Source: Candidatus Saccharimonadota bacterium
Lineage (GTDB): Bacteria > Patescibacteriota > Saccharimonadia > Saccharimonadales > SZUA-47
Assembly: GCA_016700315.1 (NCBI GenBank)
Contig: CP065013.1
Location: 385,449-449,448 of the forward strand
Length of the DNA: 64,000 bases
Reading direction: 5' to 3'
The translations under genes and the position numbers were made by a program. The notes beneath the pieces were generated by a model. That model saw nothing but the letters and a program-made list of their open reading frames with translations, was not told the origin of the DNA and ran no database searches. Shown here in pieces: positions 44,705 through 54,223 of this stretch. Each line of letters opens with the position of its first letter. The stretch's first letter is position 1.

Positions 44705-45118
44705 ATGAAAAAAAGCCTCAAGAAAACCAAGACAGAGTTGACGTATAGCCTGTTAATACGCTATCTGGTTAGGATAAATTTTACTGTTCTACTAACAATC
44801 GTTGGCATTGCTGCCATCGTCTTTTTTATCCTACTTATCAATAGCAACAGTTTAGCTTTGCAGATTATGAGCGAGGGTATCAAGGCGAATCAGCAGCGAA
44901 CTATTGTTTATGGTTTGCTGATATTTATACTTTTGCTGAACGCCGCTTACACGCTATCATTTTTAAGACTTAGAAAAAATTATAAATCTAAAACCAATCA
45001 AAATAGTGATCTTCCAGTCAACAGCTATGAAATAAATATATTCTCGGCATTTAAAGTCTTTGACAAAGATAAATTGCGCAAAGATTTTGAGCATGATCAC
45101 AGCTCGCGCGAAGCTTGA
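44705..45118 (+). CDS. Hypothetical membrane protein
   Basis: 137 aa with two hydrophobic helices and no recognisable motif. Confidence 0.4.
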   Translation: MKKSLKKTKTELTYSLLIRYLVRINFTVLLTIVGIAAIVFFILLINSNSLALQIMSEGIKANQQRTIVYGLLIFILLLNAAYTLSFLRLRKNYKSKTNQNSDLPVNSYEINIFSAFKVFDKDKLRKDFEHDHSSREA

Positions 45119-45172
45119 GTGGTGTTAATTGGTCCTATTGATGTCTTATAATAAGCATTAGATCTATAAAAT

Positions 45173-46558
45173 ATGACAGAAAAAGACTATAAGCTTTGGT
45201 TGCAGCGTTTTGGTGGCTGGATATTTATCTGGCTAGCTGTGTCTGTCGTGATTCTGCGCTGGCTGTCAATAAACCAACTCAGCAGCGTTTTTGGTAGTGC
45301 TAGCTCTTTTCTTTTGGCTTTTGGCCGCTTGACGGGCTTAGTCGGCCTAGTACTTTATGCAATTAACTTACTTCTCGCCGCGCGTACGCGCTGGATGGAA
45401 AACTTTTTCGGTGGTCTCAACAGAGTTTATATTGCCCATCATCTAACTGGCGGCATAGCTCTGATACTGCTTTGTTTTCATCCGCTTTTTATCGCGCTTA
45501 GGCTAGTCGATGTTCACGTACTGACGACACTACGGGACGCTGCTCGGTATCTTTTGCCGAGAGCAATGCCAACTGACACAACTTTTTCTGACTTTCAGAC
45601 GGCTGCCTCTATCAACGCCGGCATCTTTGCTTTTGTTGGTATGGTTGCTCTTTTGGTGCTGACTTTTTTTGTCAAACTTCCTTATCGAATATGGTTAGCA
45701 ACACATAAGTTTTTGGGTGTCGCCTTCATGTTTGCTGGTCTGCATACAATAATGATAAATTCTGAAGTTTCACGCGATGCGTTTTTACGTTACTACTTAC
45801 TCTTGTGGGTGGTGATTGGTCTGTCGGCTTTTGTCTACCGCACCGTTATGAACAACATATTTGTCAGGCGGTATCCGTATAAAGTAAGTGATATTCAAGA
45901 ATTTGCCGGCAAAGTAACAGGGCTGGTGCTTGAGCCGATGGAGAAAGCCCTGGATTTTAAGCCGGGTCAGTTTGTCTTCATTAGATTTTTATGGAGTGGC
46001 GCCGAGGGCGTGACTCGCGAAGCGCACCCTTTTTCGATTGCTAGTGCACCTCACGAAAGCGGCAAACTGGCGTTGTATGTAAAAAACCTTGGCGACTACA
46101 CCAGCGGCCTTAAGCATCTAAAAGTCGGGACTGTAGCTGAGCTGGAAGGCGCATACGGAAAGTTTAGTTACACAAATTTTGGCGATCGGCCCCAAATTTG
46201 GATTGCCGGCGGTATTGGAGTAACACCATTTCTGAGTATGGCTCGCAGCTATAACCAAGATAGCCCCAATGTTGACATGATTTACTCGGTTGTAAGTCGT
46301 AGCGAGCTTCTCGACCAGAAAGCTTTGGCCGAGCTGCTACCAAGCAAGTTTAAGGGCTTTCGTTATTTTGCCTATGCAGGCGACGAACAAGAAGGCTTTT
46401 TAACGGCCCAGAAAGTTTCGGATATGGTAGGCGGGCTGGAAGGTAAGGAAGTCTTTATTTGTGGGCCGCCACCGATGATGAAATCTCTGCGCGGCCAGTT
46501 AAACAGCATGGGAGTTAGTAATCACCGAATCCACACTGAGGAGTTTTCAATGCAATGA
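45173..46558 (+). CDS. NOX/ferric-reductase-type flavocytochrome (6-TM di-heme domain + FAD + NAD(P)H domains)
   Basis: 461 aa. Two His pairs are spaced 13 residues apart ('HHLTGGIALILLCFH', 'HKFLGVAFMFAGLH'). FAD motif 'HPFSIAS'; NAD(P)H motifs 'GGIGVTPF' and 'CGPPPMM'. Confidence 0.8.
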   Translation: MTEKDYKLWLQRFGGWIFIWLAVSVVILRWLSINQLSSVFGSASSFLLAFGRLTGLVGLVLYAINLLLAARTRWMENFFGGLNRVYIAHHLTGGIALILLCFHPLFIALRLVDVHVLTTLRDAARYLLPRAMPTDTTFSDFQTAASINAGIFAFVGMVALLVLTFFVKLPYRIWLATHKFLGVAFMFAGLHTIMINSEVSRDAFLRYYLLLWVVIGLSAFVYRTVMNNIFVRRYPYKVSDIQEFAGKVTGLVLEPMEKALDFKPGQFVFIRFLWSGAEGVTREAHPFSIASAPHESGKLALYVKNLGDYTSGLKHLKVGTVAELEGAYGKFSYTNFGDRPQIWIAGGIGVTPFLSMARSYNQDSPNVDMIYSVVSRSELLDQKALAELLPSKFKGFRYFAYAGDEQEGFLTAQKVSDMVGGLEGKEVFICGPPPMMKSLRGQLNSMGVSNHRIHTEEFSMQ

Positions 46559-47421
46559 GGCTAAAGAAGATAGTTACTTTTTGTCTGATTCTGACGCTTG
46601 GTATGATGCTGGTTATTTTACTCACCGGGCTGCTACTGCCAGAAAAAGTTTTGCTTAAACTTAGTGGTGATAAGAATGTTGCTCGAACAACCGACAGCTC
46701 AGCAGCCGATAGTCAGGCCATCGAGACCAAGAGCTCAGACGTCACACAGCAAGCGTCGGCGGGTTCTGCTGCGGCAACTACTCTTGGGCAGTCTCCAACG
46801 GCTACCCCAAATACCAGTACAACTGACAGCACCACTTCGACAACCAACGCGAGTGCGGTTGCGCCGACTTTGACGTTGGCCGCATCGCCGACCAGTATAA
46901 CTGCTGGTGCAAGCTCAGTTTTGTCTTGGTCGGTTAACTCAAACGCAACGCAACTAGTTACTTGTATTGCCAGCGGCGGGTGGAGCGGGACGAAGGCAAC
47001 TAGCGGTAGTCAGTCGGTTACACCTGCTAGCACTACCAGTTACTCTTTGACTTGTACTAACACCGCCGGAAGTAGTGGTACTAAAATAGTTAGCGTTAGC
47101 GTAAACGCTCCTGTAAGTCAGTGTAAAGCAGGCGGGGTTTGTACAGCGGCTGATATAGCCTCACACAATACTAATGGCAACTGCTGGGTGGGTGTGACGG
47201 GCGCTGGCTATAACAAAACGTATGTCATAACGTCCGGTTTTAATAGTTCACATCAAAGCGAAACTGGTAAGAACGCTGCTAGTTCTACCCGAACTTGTGG
47301 CAAGGTGATAAGCATTGGTACGCTGCGCGGATACGCTGGTGATCATTCGGGTAGCGCCACAATCGGCGGTCAGAACTTCTCATCATGGCTTAGTAGTTTC
47401 TATTATGCGGGTTATCAGTAA
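46555..47421 (+). CDS. Membrane-anchored S/T-rich exported protein with an Ig-like module and a C-terminal cytochrome-b5-like segment
   Basis: 288 aa with an ATGA overlap with the NOX-like gene. Ig-like module: 'LAASPTSITAGASSVLSWSVNSNATQLVTCIASGGWSGTKATSGSQSVTP...YSLTCTN'. C-terminal 'ADIASHNTNGNCWVGVTGAGYNKTYVITSGF..SH' resembles the cyt-b5 signature but lacks HPGG. Confidence 0.45.
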   Translation: MRLKKIVTFCLILTLGMMLVILLTGLLLPEKVLLKLSGDKNVARTTDSSAADSQAIETKSSDVTQQASAGSAAATTLGQSPTATPNTSTTDSTTSTTNASAVAPTLTLAASPTSITAGASSVLSWSVNSNATQLVTCIASGGWSGTKATSGSQSVTPASTTSYSLTCTNTAGSSGTKIVSVSVNAPVSQCKAGGVCTAADIASHNTNGNCWVGVTGAGYNKTYVITSGFNSSHQSETGKNAASSTRTCGKVISIGTLRGYAGDHSGSATIGGQNFSSWLSSFYYAGYQ

Positions 47422-47427
47422 GAAACA

Positions 47428-48009
47428 ATGAAAAACCCTAGCAAAACTATTGTTTTGAAGTCCAAGAACTGGCACCTAGCAAGTCTGATGGTGATTATAA
47501 CCATTTCAGTCGCTATACTTTTTGTAGTCTTTTCTAGGCGCTTGGCCCGTATCTACAAAGACGATGCTGAAAGTAGCAGTGTTATCACCTCGGCTATCGG
47601 CCAAACTAACAGTAATGGTGTTTTTGAAATTACAGTAAGCGACATGAAGAAAGCTGGTTCTATCCAAAATTATTTCGAGCTAACTGCTGACGAACAGCCA
47701 ATATGCCTTCCGGTAAAGATAAAAAATGTTAGTGGCAGCGAAAAGAAGTTTATTCCCATTGAAGAGATACGACTAGTTGGTGACGATAACCAAAGCTATA
47801 CAATTGATTTTGTCCCGTCGTGCATAGGCGGTGTAGGCGGACCGCTACAGACAGGCGAGGAAATGTCAGGGGAACTAGGGTTTATCTTGCCCAACTTCCA
47901 AAATAATCAAAGCAGAAAAGTTTACAAGTTTGAGTATAAAACTATTGATAAAAATCTAAAATCTGTTATAATACCAGGTATATATAGTAGTGATATGGTG
48001 GTAGACTAA
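47428..48009 (+). CDS. Exported DUF4352-like beta-sandwich protein
   Basis: 193 aa with an N-terminal TM anchor. 'FEITVSDMKKAGS...ICLPVKIKNVSGSEKKF...GELGFILP' fits the DUF4352 pattern. Confidence 0.5.
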   Translation: MKNPSKTIVLKSKNWHLASLMVIITISVAILFVVFSRRLARIYKDDAESSSVITSAIGQTNSNGVFEITVSDMKKAGSIQNYFELTADEQPICLPVKIKNVSGSEKKFIPIEEIRLVGDDNQSYTIDFVPSCIGGVGGPLQTGEEMSGELGFILPNFQNNQSRKVYKFEYKTIDKNLKSVIIPGIYSSDMVVD

Positions 48010-48500
48010 TGAATAATCGAGCCAGTAGAGTAGTAAAAACCTTTTATGTAAGTAGCCTTTTTGGCGTTGTTGCCGTGCTAGTTTTTGTCGGCAATGTTTT
48101 TTTGCGTCCTAAGCCCAAAAACAGTCAGCTTACTGTAGAAAACAATCAAACAACTGCTGTGCTCGGACAGCAAACTAGTTCGCCTAGCAACAAATTAAAT
48201 GTTATAGCCACCATCGCAAACCGTGAGAATGATTTGCTTGCCGTTACTGTGGAAGTTAAAAACCAAAGTAGTGATAGAGTAGAGTTCTCGCCTGGCTTGC
48301 AATTGAATTTAGTCGATAGCGCGTCGAAGCAGACTTTCTCGATCGTCGCGCCGAGCGGAAAAACCTTTTACGGCGGCGGGCCTTTAGAGCGGGGAGCTGT
48401 ATCATCAGGAACAATATATTTCACCGCGCCCCAAGATAGATCGTATCAACTGGTTTACACTGAGAACGGCGTAGCTAGCGCTGTAGCAGACATTAAATAG
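48009..48500 (+). CDS. Exported DUF4352-like beta-sandwich protein (paralog)
   Basis: 163 aa with a TM anchor and 'LLAVTVEVKNQSSDRVEFSPGLQLNLVD...GTIYFTAP'. Its start overlaps the upstream stop. Confidence 0.5.
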   Translation: MNNRASRVVKTFYVSSLFGVVAVLVFVGNVFLRPKPKNSQLTVENNQTTAVLGQQTSSPSNKLNVIATIANRENDLLAVTVEVKNQSSDRVEFSPGLQLNLVDSASKQTFSIVAPSGKTFYGGGPLERGAVSSGTIYFTAPQDRSYQLVYTENGVASAVADIK

Positions 48501-48501
48501 T

Positions 48502-49314
48502 TTAGTCTTGAAAGCCGATAGGCTTTTCGAGTACGGCAATAAAAAATCCTATAGAATTTTGGCTAGGTTCAATTCTCCAGGCCTCTGCGCATGCAAGCTT
48601 CGGTAGCTTGTCTAGACTCAAAGCAGATTGTATAACATCAACATCAACGTGAAGCGCTTTGTGTATGACTCGTTCGTTCTCGTTTTTGTTTAGCGTGCAG
48701 GTGGCGTAAACCAAACGGCCTCCCGGCTTGAGAAGTTTCCAGGCTGCTTTTAGGATTTTGATCTGAAGCTGCTGCAGTCGTTTAACCTTTGCGCTAGACC
48801 AGGCAGTTGTTTGTTTGTCGTTGCCAGTCAGGGCTAAACCTTCGCCAGAACAAGGTGCGTCTATTAGAATCCGGTCAAAACTTTCTGGAGGGTATTGATC
48901 ATAGATCTTGCTCGCATCGTGTTTTGAGACAGTCGATTTTACGCCATGCTTAAGGAATAGTCTTTCCATACGTTTAATTCTCTCAAAGGATAAGTCGTTA
49001 GAGTGTAGATCCAGCTCTTGCAAACTGCTAGCATAAAGTGACTTCATACCAGGAGCAGCGCAAACATCAAGTAAACGTTGCTCGTCTTTCAGCTGTAGTT
49101 GGTGCACGGCGGCCATGCTTGCGAGGCTCATACCCTCAGCCTGCAATTCTTTTAATTCTATGGCCACGTTAGTTTGTTTGGCCATCTTTGACCATTTTAT
49201 TTGACGTCCATTTATTTGATTCAACGGATCAAAAAATGATGGCAGAACCTGAGTCTCGCGAAGATATAAACCTTGCGACTGCAGATACGAAATTATTTGG
49301 TTGCGGCTGCCCAT
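48502..49314 (-). CDS. RsmB/NOL1/NOP2/Sun-family RNA m5C methyltransferase
   Basis: 270 aa with SAM motif 'DVCAAPGMKS' and catalytic motifs 'DAPCSGEG' and 'YATCTLNKNENE'. Confidence 0.8.
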   Translation of the reverse strand: MGSRNQIISYLQSQGLYLRETQVLPSFFDPLNQINGRQIKWSKMAKQTNVAIELKELQAEGMSLASMAAVHQLQLKDEQRLLDVCAAPGMKSLYASSLQELDLHSNDLSFERIKRMERLFLKHGVKSTVSKHDASKIYDQYPPESFDRILIDAPCSGEGLALTGNDKQTTAWSSAKVKRLQQLQIKILKAAWKLLKPGGRLVYATCTLNKNENERVIHKALHVDVDVIQSALSLDKLPKLACAEAWRIEPSQNSIGFFIAVLEKPIGFQD

Positions 49315-49356
49315 AACTGTATTATAAAGAAAACTATGAAGCTGGTTATCAACATC

Positions 49357-50391
49357 TTAGGCAGACTTCAGTATTAGAGTGAACGTTGATCCTTTTCCCA
49401 CTTTGCTGGTTACGCTAATTTCAGAGTTTTGTCGATCACTTAAATCTTTTGCAATCGATAGTCCAAGACCAAAACCGCTAGATTGAGCTTTGTTTCTTGA
49501 TTGGTCTGCTCTATAAAAACGATCAAAAATATGCGGTATATCTTTGGCTTCTATTCCAATACCGGGGTCAGTAATACTGAGCAAAACTTTAGACTGTTTT
49601 CTTGCTGTTGAAATCTTGATAACTGATTTTTCTGGGGAGTATTTTATGGCGTTATCAAGAAGAATTGAAATTATCTGAGTAAGTGATTGTGGGTTGGCTT
49701 CTACAGTATGGTCTTTAGCATTGTTGTCGATAGTGATCTTTTTAGTTTCGGCGTAAACTCTAAGAGAATCAGTTGCAGAGTTTATTGACCCCAGTAACTT
49801 TACTTTAGAAAGCGACAAGTCAGCATGATCGTTTTTGGCTATTCCTAGTAATGAGTCCGTTAAGCGTCTTAGTTTCTCAACCTCTTTGACGTTCTCTGCT
49901 AGAATCTCGCGTGCTACTTCCTCGGTTATTGTTTTTCTTCTCAGCACAACTTCGTTAGTAGTCTGTAGTGCGGTTAGGGGGGTTCTAAGTTCGTGGCTAG
50001 CATCACTGACAAAACGAGTTTGGGCATCTATAGCAGCGTGAATTGGCGCAAGCGTTCTTTTGGCGAGGTAATAACTAAACCAAGCCCCCAATATGAGCGC
50101 GCTGATGTTTATCAAAATAAGTTTCCCTACCAAGGCCGTTCTAGCTTCTTGGCTTCGTTGCTTCTGGAAGTCGTTAAACAGACTTCTACGACTTGGTCCA
50201 GGACGAGTGATTTCAATTACATCACCAGTCTGGTCCCTCAAAAACTCTAGTCTATCACCTGCAACTGGACGATTTAGTTCGTTCACAGAAGTACGATAAA
50301 TCACTCCACTGAATCCTATGCACATTGCCATGATTATCCCGAGATATGTTGCCGCTAACTTGGTTTTTGAATCGGAAATAAGTTTTTTCAT
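49357..50391 (-). CDS. Two-component sensor histidine kinase
   Basis: 344 aa with two TM helices, H-box 'SHELRTPLTAL', N-box 'LLDNAIKYS' and G-box 'GFGLGLSIAKD'. Confidence 0.85.
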   Translation of the reverse strand: MKKLISDSKTKLAATYLGIIMAMCIGFSGVIYRTSVNELNRPVAGDRLEFLRDQTGDVIEITRPGPSRRSLFNDFQKQRSQEARTALVGKLILINISALILGAWFSYYLAKRTLAPIHAAIDAQTRFVSDASHELRTPLTALQTTNEVVLRRKTITEEVAREILAENVKEVEKLRRLTDSLLGIAKNDHADLSLSKVKLLGSINSATDSLRVYAETKKITIDNNAKDHTVEANPQSLTQIISILLDNAIKYSPEKSVIKISTARKQSKVLLSITDPGIGIEAKDIPHIFDRFYRADQSRNKAQSSGFGLGLSIAKDLSDRQNSEISVTSKVGKGSTFTLILKSA

Positions 50392-50409
50392 TGTTAATAA
50401 TTATAACTT

Positions 50410-51078
50410 TTATTCTGAGAGACGGTAGCCAAAACCTCGTATAGTGTGAAGAAGTTGTTTTTTGAACGGCTTATCAATCTTTCTTCTTAGGTAGTTAATA
50501 AACACCTCAACATTGTTCGGCAAGATATCTGAATCAAAATCCCAAACGTGGGCAATGATCTGGTCTTTACTAAGAACTTTGTTGTTGTTTCTCATCAAAT
50601 ATTCCAAAATTGCATACTCTTTTGAAGACAATCTTATTTCTTTGCCAGCTCGCTCCACCCGTCTCGCATTCGGGTCGAGTTTGAGATCGGCAACTTTAAA
50701 TACTTCACCAATTGAATCGTTTGGACGGCGCATTAGAGCACGAATTCTGGCCAAAAGAACATCAAACGAGAATGGCTTGGGCAGGTAATCGTCCGCACCG
50801 TTATCGAGCCCGTGTACAATATCCCCAACCTGGTCACGGGCTGTAAGCATTAGTACAGGCGTATGGTTTCCCTCGGCGCGTAACTTCTTGCAGACAGTGT
50901 AGCCATCCATGATTGGTAACATGACGTCGAGCAAAATTATGTCGTAGTTATCAGCGCTTGCGCTTAAGTACCCTTGCTCACCATCGTATGCTACATCAAC
51001 AGCGTAAGACTCTTGCTCTAAGCCTTCTTTTAAGGCATTGGCAATCCGGTGTTCGTCTTCTATTACTAGTATTTTCAT
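50410..51078 (-). CDS. OmpR/PhoB-family response regulator
   Basis: 222 aa with receiver 'MKILVIEDE...IILLDVMLPIMDG' and wHTH '...IRGFGYRL'. Confidence 0.9.
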   Translation of the reverse strand: MKILVIEDEHRIANALKEGLEQESYAVDVAYDGEQGYLSASADNYDIILLDVMLPIMDGYTVCKKLRAEGNHTPVLMLTARDQVGDIVHGLDNGADDYLPKPFSFDVLLARIRALMRRPNDSIGEVFKVADLKLDPNARRVERAGKEIRLSSKEYAILEYLMRNNNKVLSKDQIIAHVWDFDSDILPNNVEVFINYLRRKIDKPFKKQLLHTIRGFGYRLSE

Positions 51079-51128
51079 AAGATTATTGTCCGTCTAGTTA
51101 CTTAAAAAAAGCTTAAATTTGCGCATTA

Positions 51129-51770
51129 TCAGCTGCTGAGACTCGCCACGAAATTTATTGTGGTTGCGATGATCGCAGTTCCGAACAAGAATGAAAGCAG
51201 GGCGTGCTTGATTGCGAGTTTTCTAAACTTAGTAGTAGTAAAAGCCGTGTCAGACACCTGGTATGTCATGCCAATTGTAAATGCAACATAGGCAAAATCC
51301 ATGAAATTTGGTGAATGGTTAGATCCAAAATCTATGCCGCCGTTTGTACCCTTATAATAAGCGACAGCGTAACGAAGTGTGTAAATGCTATGCACGCACG
51401 CCCAAGTAATGATTATGCTCGCGAGCCCAATGCCAACGTTTGTTAGTGACTTATCGCCACTTGTCAGTAGGTACGCTACGGCTGCTACACTAGCTAATGC
51501 ACCAACTGTAAGCACGCTATCCAAAAAAGTTTTAGACATGTCATCTTGATGTGCGATTTGCTCTGTCGATTCTCCGTCATGACCAGAAAAGTCATACCAA
51601 ATCATAGAAACAAGACTGAGGGCTACGGCGTCCCAGCCCAAGATGAGCGCTAGCTTGGTTTGTACAAAATAACTGAAAATTATTGTTGATCCTAATCCCA
51701 GCACAAATGCTATTACAAATCTGGTTCGTTTATTACGGTATTTCTTTCTTGCATTGCTCTGGCTAGCCAT
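51129..51770 (-). CDS. DUF1345-family membrane protein
   Basis: 213 aa with about six TM segments and 'FMDFAYVAFTIGMTYQVSD'. Confidence 0.55.
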   Translation of the reverse strand: MASQSNARKKYRNKRTRFVIAFVLGLGSTIIFSYFVQTKLALILGWDAVALSLVSMIWYDFSGHDGESTEQIAHQDDMSKTFLDSVLTVGALASVAAVAYLLTSGDKSLTNVGIGLASIIITWACVHSIYTLRYAVAYYKGTNGGIDFGSNHSPNFMDFAYVAFTIGMTYQVSDTAFTTTKFRKLAIKHALLSFLFGTAIIATTINFVASLSS

Positions 51771-51878
51771 AATGCTCCTTTTTAAAGATGTTAAGTGTCA
51801 GAATAGTACAATAGCCACCATTCTCTAGTTACATTTGAAGCTGTCCACTTCAATAGCCTGAGGCAGTTTTGGAGTACC

Positions 51879-52430
51879 CTATAAGCTCATCATTGTTGCA
51901 TCACCTGGCACTTCGAAAAGGGCAGACTCGACGCTCCAGCTAGTGCAGGACATTTCAAAATTGGAGTCTGTCGGAATACCCTGGTTGGATGAACTCGTAG
52001 TTGTTGTGCTACTGTTTGTTTGTTGTTTGAGTTTCTCTAAATCAAAGGTAAAGGCCAGCTTTTTGCCGTTGGATTCAACAATAGAGTAAGATTTGCCATC
52101 TCTTATAATCTGAGTTAGATTTCCGCTGTTGTTTTGGTCGGTAAGACTAGTCATATCTATGCGACTTTTGCCCTGACCGTCTGTGTACATAACGGCGTCA
52201 GCTTTGCCGCCTGCACCCGTGTAACTAAAGTTGCATTTTTGGGGCTTACCACTTGCCCTTAAAGTGTCGATTGATTGAGATTGAGCAGCAGGCTGGTTTA
52301 CAGTATTAGTGCTTGCTTGCTCGGTTGTTCCTGAATTAGAAGTAGTTTTGCCGCTATCTCTAGTAGCCACATAGACTCCCGCTCCGACCAGAATGGCTGC
52401 CACAGCGCCGATTATTAGTTTTTTGTTCAT
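51879..52430 (-). CDS. Hypothetical exported protein (N-terminal anchor, T/S/Q-rich)
   Basis: 183 aa starting 'MNKKLIIGAVAAILVGAGVYVA'. No motif recognised. Confidence 0.4.
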   Translation of the reverse strand: MNKKLIIGAVAAILVGAGVYVATRDSGKTTSNSGTTEQASTNTVNQPAAQSQSIDTLRASGKPQKCNFSYTGAGGKADAVMYTDGQGKSRIDMTSLTDQNNSGNLTQIIRDGKSYSIVESNGKKLAFTFDLEKLKQQTNSSTTTTSSSNQGIPTDSNFEMSCTSWSVESALFEVPGDATMMSL

Positions 52431-52600
52431 CTAAATAGCTCCTCCGCTTAGTAATTTAATGTTACTCCTCTGGATGCTAGTGGGCAAGGCGTTTATTATT
52501 ATTTGCTTCCAGATATATAATTGATATACAATCGGTAGTTCCCAAATCGTATGGGATGCTAAATCTAAAAAATGGTAAGACCAGAAAGAAGGGTAAAGCT

Positions 52601-53023
52601 ATGAACATGTTCAAGTCAACGAGCGCAAAAACTGTAGAAGAGTACCTAGATGCAGTCCCTGATGAACGAAAGGAAATAATCAATACCCTGCACACTTTTA
52701 TTCAAAAAGCTGTACCCGAACTAAAGGCCTATTTTGCTACTAACATGATTGGCTACGGCAACTTCCCTTACCGCAATTACAAAAAAGAACTTATATCGTG
52801 GCCACTAATCGCCTTGGCCAACCAGAAACACTACATCAGTATCTATGTTTGCTCGGTTCTGGATGGTGAGTACATAGCCGAAAAATATAGGAACAACCTA
52901 GGCAAGGTAAGCGTCGGCAAAAGCTGTATCCGCTTTAAAAAGCTGGAGGACATTAATTTAGACGAGCTAAAAAAAGTTTTGCAGCTTGCTGCTCAACATC
53001 CGGGATTAGGTGCCAATGTCTAA
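52601..53023 (+). CDS. DUF1801 (YdhG-like) domain protein
   Basis: The ATG at 52601 follows AGAAAGAAGGG. 'TVEEYLDAVPDERKEIINTLHTFIQKAVPELK'. Confidence 0.6.
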   Translation: MNMFKSTSAKTVEEYLDAVPDERKEIINTLHTFIQKAVPELKAYFATNMIGYGNFPYRNYKKELISWPLIALANQKHYISIYVCSVLDGEYIAEKYRNNLGKVSVGKSCIRFKKLEDINLDELKKVLQLAAQHPGLGANV

Positions 53024-53369
53024 GGTCGATGTTGTAAGCCAATATATCGCAATGTTCCCAAGAGACACCCAATCTCGTTTAAACGCCATTCGCTCAATTA
53101 TTATTGATCACGCACCCGACGCTATCGAATCAATTAGTTACGGAATGCCAGTGTATAAGCTCAATAAAAAACCGCTCATATATTTTGCTGGCTACCAGAA
53201 TCACATTGGTATTTATGCCACACCGAACGGCCACGAAGAATTCACGAAAGAGTTTAGTAAATACAAACAGGGCAAAGGCTCGGTACAATTCCCGCACGAC
53301 CAACCTTTGCCTGTCGATCTTATTAAAAAGGTAGTACAATTTAGGGTACAAGCAATAATAGGAGGGTAA
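53010..53369 (+). CDS. DUF1801 (YdhG-like) domain protein, second copy
   Basis: 119 aa with 'QYIAMFPRDTQSRLNAIRSIIIDHAPDAIESISYGMPVYK...HIGIY'. Confidence 0.6.
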   Translation: MPMSKVDVVSQYIAMFPRDTQSRLNAIRSIIIDHAPDAIESISYGMPVYKLNKKPLIYFAGYQNHIGIYATPNGHEEFTKEFSKYKQGKGSVQFPHDQPLPVDLIKKVVQFRVQAIIGG

Positions 53370-53374
53370 GTCTA

Positions 53375-53794
53375 ATGGAAATTAATTGGGTAGCGGTGTT
53401 GGCGGCGACTGCAGTGATGTTCGCTGTCGGGGCATTTTGGTACATGTTGCCATTTGCCAAAATTTGGGGCAAAATTCACGGCTTTGACAAACTCAGTAAA
53501 AAAGAGCAACAAGAAATGCAAGCCAAGATGGGTCCTTGGTACGGAGCCCAGTTAGTATTTACTGTAATTTCATCAACTGTACTTACCGGCATGCTAATCC
53601 AGATGCCAACAGTATCACCATACAAAATTGTATTTATGACCTGGCTTGGTTTTGCATTGCCAACCACTGCCGGCAACATGATTTTTGGCGGAAGTCCCGA
53701 GGGATATGTTTGGCACAAAATAGTCATCAGTAGTGGCGAAATCTTAGTCCGACTGATGGTCGCTGCCTGGGTAATTAATGCAATCATAAGATAG
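53375..53794 (+). CDS. DUF1761-family membrane protein
   Basis: 139 aa with 'INWVAVLAATAVMFAVGAFWY..PFAKIWGK'. Confidence 0.55.
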   Translation: MEINWVAVLAATAVMFAVGAFWYMLPFAKIWGKIHGFDKLSKKEQQEMQAKMGPWYGAQLVFTVISSTVLTGMLIQMPTVSPYKIVFMTWLGFALPTTAGNMIFGGSPEGYVWHKIVISSGEILVRLMVAAWVINAIIR

Positions 53795-53809
53795 TGGAGG
53801 TAGATTAAT

Positions 53810-54223
53810 ATGGCAAGTGTCATTACTCATTTTGAGGTATATGTAGACGACCTCGATAGGGCAAAGAATTTTTACAAAAACGTCTTTGGCTGGGCCTATC
53901 AAGATATGGGCGCAGACTTTAACGACTACGTGGTAGTTTATCCTGGAGGAGAAGTTACCGAAGGCCAAGCAAAGCTAGGCATCAACGGTGGAATGATGAA
54001 AAGATCTGGGCCGGCACCTTCTGACGACAAAGCTAGCCCAAATGCATATGTTTGTATGGTAACGATTGACGATATCGCCTCTAGCCTAGAACTAGTAAAA
54101 CAGCACGGCGGACGAATCGATATGGATATCATGGACGTGCCGACTGTCGGCAAGTTAGCATACATTCGGGACACCGAGATGAATCTTGTCGGGGTGCTTC
54201 AGCCAGCCCCAGAAGGAATGTAG
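53810..54223 (+). CDS. VOC-family (glyoxalase/bleomycin-resistance fold) protein
   Basis: 137 aa with 'ITHFEVYVDDLDRAKNFYKNVFGW...GKLAYIRDTEMNLVGV'. Confidence 0.75.
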   Translation: MASVITHFEVYVDDLDRAKNFYKNVFGWAYQDMGADFNDYVVVYPGGEVTEGQAKLGINGGMMKRSGPAPSDDKASPNAYVCMVTIDDIASSLELVKQHGGRIDMDIMDVPTVGKLAYIRDTEMNLVGVLQPAPEGM

